In this document: positions 58,001 through 64,000 of the stretch, one piece after another | How positions within the stretch are numbered: the first letter of the stretch is position 1 | Layout of the letters: the number at the start of each line of letters is the position of its first letter | NCBI RefSeq assembly: GCF_009914755.1 | Contig: NC_060931.1 | Reading direction: 5' to 3' (one strand) | Source: the human T2T-CHM13v2.0 reference genome, Homo sapiens | Length of the DNA stretch: 64,000 bases | Made by a program: the position numbers and the translations under genes | Notes under the pieces: generated by a model | The model's database searches: none | What the model saw: the letters and a program-made list of their open reading frames with translations, nothing else | Told to the model about the DNA's origin: nothing

Positions 58001-58231
58001 CTCCTTCTTGCTCCTCTCTGAGATCCTCATTTCCTCACAGCTGAGTGTCATCTTAGCCTCCTGGAGGCCCTTCCACCCTGCTTCCTGTGTCCTGCTCACT
58101 GGCTCTACTGTTCCCCGCCTCTGTGCCTCTAATGAACCACTCTCCCCTGCCTGGTGCATCTTTTCCTCTCCTCTCTGCCCAAATTGGGTTTTTCCTTGTA
58201 GGCCAGCACGAGTCCCACTCTCTTTTGCTAA

Positions 58232-58711
<480 letters not shown>

Positions 58712-59577
58712 TAGTAAATATTTGTTGAATGTTTAAAGACCAATCTCAGCCTCCCCAAAGCCATCCTTTATCTATAAATGTGGCAAGGACAAGAAGACCA
58801 GCAGGAAGAACAAGACTCCCAGGGACTTGAGAAGAGGCCGAACCTGTGGACAGGGTCACTCTCTGCCTGGAGCCCAGCTGGGGATGCCTAGATCTCACGC
58901 TGTCCTCTGAGCACTGGGATCTGCTGACAAGTGTGGATGGCTGATTGGCCAATTCTCAGGCCTCTGCTTGGAGATGCGGTCTGACTTCCTGCCAGCCTGC
59001 ATGCCGAAAGAACAAGCCTGCATGCTTCAGTAATGTCTTGGTCCTGTGGGTGACCTCTTGATGAGTCACTTTCTGTTCTTGAGGAGGCAGACAGGGAGCC
59101 TGAGAGAATGAAGGTTAAATGGAAATTTAGGATTGTAAAAAAATTAGAGATGGAGAGGACAAGGGAAATGAGGAAGAGGTTGGGCAGGGCTTTGATACCT
59201 TTTGTGAACTATTTAAAGATATTTATATCCCTTGCTTTTCTCTGATTCTGTGAATGATGTCACCATGCATCCAGGGACTCAGGCATCTTCAGCGGCCCCT
59301 TCCCAACCTCTCCTGCCTGCACCCCTGTTCTATCCCCATCTGATGGTTGCTTACATCTCCTCATCTCCTCTTTCTTCCCTCTTCTCTTTCCAGGGCCTCA
59401 TGATGACCTTCTAGCTGCAGTAGTCTCCCTGCAGTCACTCTTGCTCCCACAATCTATCCTATGTGTTACCAAGCCAGAGGGATGGTTTAAAAATCCAAAT
59501 AAAATCATGTTACTCACCTGCTCAAAACTGTCAAATGACCTCCAGTTTCACTTAGTTTAAAATCCCAGCTCCTCGCT

Positions 59578-60156
59578 CTGGAAAACAGTATGGTAGCTCC
59601 CCCAAAAATTAAATATAGAACTACTGTATGATCCAGCAATTCTACTTCTGGGCATACACCCCCCAGAATTGAAAGCAGGGTCTTGAAGAGATGTTTGTAC
59701 ACCCATGTTCATAAATGCATTATTCACAGTAGCCAAAAGGCGGAAGCAACCCACGTGTTCACCGACAGACAAATGGATAAACAAAATGTGGCATATTCAT
59801 AGAGTGGAATATTATTCCATCTCAGAAACGAGGGAAATTCTGACGCACGCTACAACACGGATGAACCTGGAGGACATCATGCCAAGCGAAGTAAGCCAGA
59901 CACAGTAAGACAAATACTGTAGGATTTCACTTATATGAGATAGAATATTCTTTCTACTTAGAATGGACAAATTCATAGAGACAGAAGGTAGAAGGGTGGT
60001 CGTCAGGGGGTTGGGGGATGGAGGAATGGGGAGTTGTTTAATGGGTGTGAAATTTCAGTTTGCATAATGAAAATAATCCTGGAGTTTGGCTGTGCAACAA
60101 CATGAATGAACTGAACACTACCGAGCTGTTAAAATGGCTAAGGTGGTGAATTTTAA
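59578..60156 (+). mobile_element. L1MB-like 3' end
   Basis: ctggaaaacagtatgg...gatccagcaattctacttctggg...gacaaatactgtaggatttcacttatatgag. Confidence 0.85.
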
Positions 60157-60189
60157 AAAAATTGTTCAATAATGGGGAAGCATTGTTTA

Positions 60190-60272
60190 TTTTATATATA
60201 TATATAATTTTAATATATAATATATATAATTTAGATATGTAATATATAATCAATATATAATATATATATAAT
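60190..60272. repeat. AT-rich (TA)n-like low-complexity tract
   Basis: Degenerate tatataa repeats. Confidence 0.85.
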
Positions 60273-60458
60273 TTCAATTGTTTTTGGGGAAGAGGTGGTG
60301 TTTGGTTACGCGGATGTTATTTAGTGGTGATTTCTGAAATTTTGCTGCACCCATCACCCGAGCAGTGTACACTGTACCCAATGTGTTGCCTTTTATCCCT
60401 CACCCCACTCCCACCCCTTTCCCTGAGTCCTCAAAGGCCACTGTATCCTTCTTATGTG
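60272..60458 (-). mobile_element. Short L1PB1-like 3' end inserted in L1MB
   Basis: ttggggaagaggtggtgtttggttac...gcacccatcacccgagcagtgtacactgtacccaatgtg. Confidence 0.8.
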
Positions 60459-61063
60459 AGGTGATGAATTTCAAGCTGTCTATATCTTACCTTCTAACTC
60501 ACCAGCCTCCCATGCTGGGCCCTGGTACACAGTGATACCCCGGCACCAGCTTCACTTCTCCTTGAAGGCTCCGAGCTCACTGGCTTTTGCTGTCCCACTG
60601 GCCTGAGCATCTCCTCCCAGAAGAGACTTGGTTTGGCAGGTCACTGCCTCCTCCTTGCCCCTCCTTCCCTCTGCCACATCCCCACCTATCTTGGCCTTGC
60701 TAGTGTCGTCATTCTCTAGGATGGATTACGTTGCTCTCTGCCTCCCTAACCTGCTGTCTGACTGTGCCTTGGTGGCCAGAAGAGTGCTTGCCACATGACA
60801 CATGCTCCATAACTGCTTGTTAAGTGGTGTTTTCTGAGGCCTGTGTTTGAGTGACTATTGAGAGCGGGCACATGGGGCATATGTTCTGCACCGTTTTCCT
60901 TATGGTGGGTCTGAGTCACCTGGAACCAGCCATGATCTCTGGTACACTGAGCTTGTGCTCAGTGATGGGAACTGGCCGGATGTGGGATTAACACAATTAA
61001 TTGGCCTGCATAAAGATTCAATTATTAACCTTAAATTCAACACATTTTTATTGGATTTCTTTT

Positions 61064-61356
<293 letters not shown>

Positions 61357-61932
61357 TGGATTTCTTTTATGCTCAAAGCATGAAGGAAGGGGAAGAGAGA
61401 TGTAAGGATGAATGGGACACAGGACCTGTCTCGAAGAGCTTCTGTCTGACAAGATTGGGATGAGAGTGGCCAGGGCTATGGTGGATGACGAGGTGGTGAG
61501 TGGTCTGAGGGAGCCACAGAGGGAGGGGATTTTACTCTGAGCCACGGGGCTGCAGAAAGGCTCGACGGGAAGGCTCTGCTGGAGGTGAGCTGGGAAAGGC
61601 AGAGGATTCTAATAAGTGGGAGGAGGCCTAGACGGTGACCCAGGAGCGAAGCCAGAGCCTTTGTGGGTCTGTTGTGTGGCCATTATTCTGTCATGCTGGG
61701 AGAATCAATGGCTTCTTAGCAGAAGAGTGACGAGATCAAAGCTGAGTTTTATGAAGGTCATTTGTGACCATGCGCAGGAAGGCCTGGGTGGGTTGAGGGA
61801 CTGGCAGCAGTGGTCCCCCAGATCCAGAGGCTCTTCCAGGGGAACAGGTGGGAGGCAGTGCGGGCCTGGGCGTGGGTGCCTGGGAAGAGGGTGAGAGACA
61901 CTTCTGAGGTGGGCTGGACAGAACTTGACAAC

Positions 61933-62180
61933 TGTGTGTGTGTCTGTATAGGTGAGAGAGTGGGTGGTGTGTGTGACAGTGTGTGTGTTTGTGTGTGAAG
62001 AGTGTGTATGAGAGTTTGTGAGGGTGGTGAGTGTGTGAGAGAAGCAGAGTGTGTGGCATGTGAGTGTGCAGCTGTGTGGTATATGAGTGCAGCAGTGTGG
62101 TCTGAGTGTACAAGAGCATGTGAGAATGTGTGTGTTTGTGTGAGGATTTGTGAGAGAGCATGAGTGTGTGTGTCTGTGTG
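61933..62180. repeat. Degenerate (GT/GA)n low-complexity repeat
   Basis: About 250 bp of gtgt/gaga variants, source of the His/Thr-rich ORFs. Confidence 0.88.
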
Positions 62181-63194
62181 CACTTGCAGGCAGAAAGGGA
62201 GGCATCCTTCCCAGCGCTGAGCAGCCAGCACTCCCTTGCCAGGAGCTAATTTTCCAGATGCCCCACAGTCAGGTGCCAATAACCGCCTTTCTCCACCTGC
62301 AGGGCTTGGCCAGCTACCCTAGGATTCCCCGTTTCCCCACAGGAACTGCAGAGAAGCCTAGAACAAAACAAGAAGCCATCTCTGATTTGGAGGCTGACGC
62401 GTGACGCCTTGCGCCCTGCAGCTCCTGCTGGCTGTTGTCCTGCTCTTTCTCTCCAGCCACTTGCCTCTCACCTTGTTCCGCTCATGTTTTACATCCCTCA
62501 GCTGTCCCTGGGCTCTGTGGCCTGACCGTCCTTTGACCCCCTGTCTGCTCATTGCTGGCATGCGATACACCCTGGGCTTTGCTGGTTCCGGATGCTGCCC
62601 ACACCCAGGGCTGACACCTGAACAATGTTTACATAGAGCAAGTTGAAGCTTAATAAGTAATTGTGGAATGTTTGAAAAATAAGCAAAATGGGCCCAACTA
62701 AATACATTTGCCTTTTAGCACTACTGCCTATGGGAATAAAAGCAATATTCATCCCATTATAGGATGTTGACATCTAATTTAGTTTCTTACCAATGCATAG
62801 TTAGGAAAGAATCTCAGTCCCATGGTACCAACACTAGCATTTTATTTCATTAATCAAAATAGGCATGTTGGATTGAATTTAGGCACAGCAAAAGATGGGG
62901 TCTGGTATAAATGGTTTTTAAATCATGATTTCAAGAGGTGGTATTGTGTAGATAACTCAGCATTTGAATGTGCTTTTATGGGAGTGAAGAATAAAGCTCC
63001 AGAGAGTGTGTAGGCAGATTTCCTGATCCATTTGTGGGCAAAGGATTGATTGTGCATGTGGTGCCAAGCGTGCATGTGGATCCCTCACTTCACTAGCAAA
63101 CCAGATCCATTTCCTGTAGAACGTTTTATGGCATATGCATATAGCCAGTGCTTGCCAAAAATAGATTCCCTTCAAAGTTGAGGTTTTAAAGCAG

Positions 63195-63682
63195 TGTATC
63201 AGCTAGCTTTTGCTGTGTAACAACCAACCACAAAGCCTCCGTGGCTTACAATGAACATTATTTCTCCAGTGTCTTCAGGGTGCAATAGATCTGTTCTGTT
63301 CTCTGCTGTATGGTTCTGCTTCTTGGCTGGACTCATTCATGCATCTCTAGGTTGATGAGAACCTGCCTGAGGTGCCTTAGCTAGGGCGGTTCTTCATGTA
63401 CTTATCCCCCTACCAGAACCAGCAAGCTAGCCAAAGCATGTAATTCTCATGATAATGGTGGAAGCCGCACAAGTATGGAAATATGTAGGCCTTCTGGAAG
63501 CCTAGGCTTGGAACTGGCATACTGTCACTCTCACCATATGATATTGACCAAAACAAGTTATGTGGCTGAGCTCAGATTCAGGGGGCAGGGATAACGACTC
63601 TACTTCATTGGTGAGAGAAACTGTGATGTTTCATAGCAAAGAGAAGGGTGAAGAATTGGGATCATTAATGCAGTCTACCACA
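63195..63682 (-). mobile_element. MLT1J/K-like LTR
   Basis: tgtatcagctagcttttgctgtgtaacaacc...agggtgaagaattggg...gcagtctaccaca. Confidence 0.75.
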
Positions 63683-63712
63683 GATTGGTATTCTCTATTT
63701 AGCAAACAGCAA

Positions 63713-64000
63713 TTTTTTTTTTTTTTTTTTGAGACGGTGTCTTGTTCTGTGGCCCAGGCTGGTGTGCAGTGGTGCAATCCTGGCTCACTGCAACCTCTGC
63801 CTTTCAGGTTCAAGGTGGTTCCTCATGCCTCAGTCTGCCGAGTAGCTGGGATTACAGGTGAGCGCCATCAAGCCTGGCTAATTTTAGTATTTTTAGTAGA
63901 GGTGGGGTTTCACCATGTGGCCAGGCTGGCTTTGAACTTCTGACCTCAAGTGGTGTGCCTGCCTCAACCTCCCAAAGTGCTGAGATTACAGGGTGAGCCA
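63713..64000 (-). mobile_element. AluS (runs off the window end)
   Basis: Poly-T followed by antisense Alu. Confidence 0.9.

Noticed and set aside
61705-62279. Long His/Thr-rich ORFs in three frames
   Set aside because: Artefact of the (CA/CT)-type low-complexity repeat.

Overview
Repeat-rich, non-coding simian-primate (most likely human) genomic DNA. I find no credible protein-coding exon, processed pseudogene, RNA gene or CRISPR array. The listed ORFs that I can explain come from Alu, L1, L2 or LTR remnants or from low-complexity sequence, and the rest show no homology I recognise. A large part of the window is transposon-derived: about 20 Alus (J, S, Y and monomers), L1PA/PB/MA/MB/MC/ME pieces, long L2 fragments, MIRs, THE1/MLT1/MER4E/LTR16 LTRs and a MER94. 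Many of these have readable target-site duplications and are nested. L1 fragments are mostly on the - strand, which suggests an intron of a + strand gene, but I cannot name the locus. I do not see evidence for a new biological system. The best leads are candidate cis-regulatory clusters (about 52.1, 45.2-45.9, 57.9, 19.2 and 1.4-2.4 kb), a 21-bp E-box VNTR, closely spaced inverted Alu pairs, and several post-insertion rearrangements of retroelements. Repeat subfamily names come from my recall of consensus sequences, and old-repeat boundaries are approximate; confirm both with RepeatMasker/Dfam.
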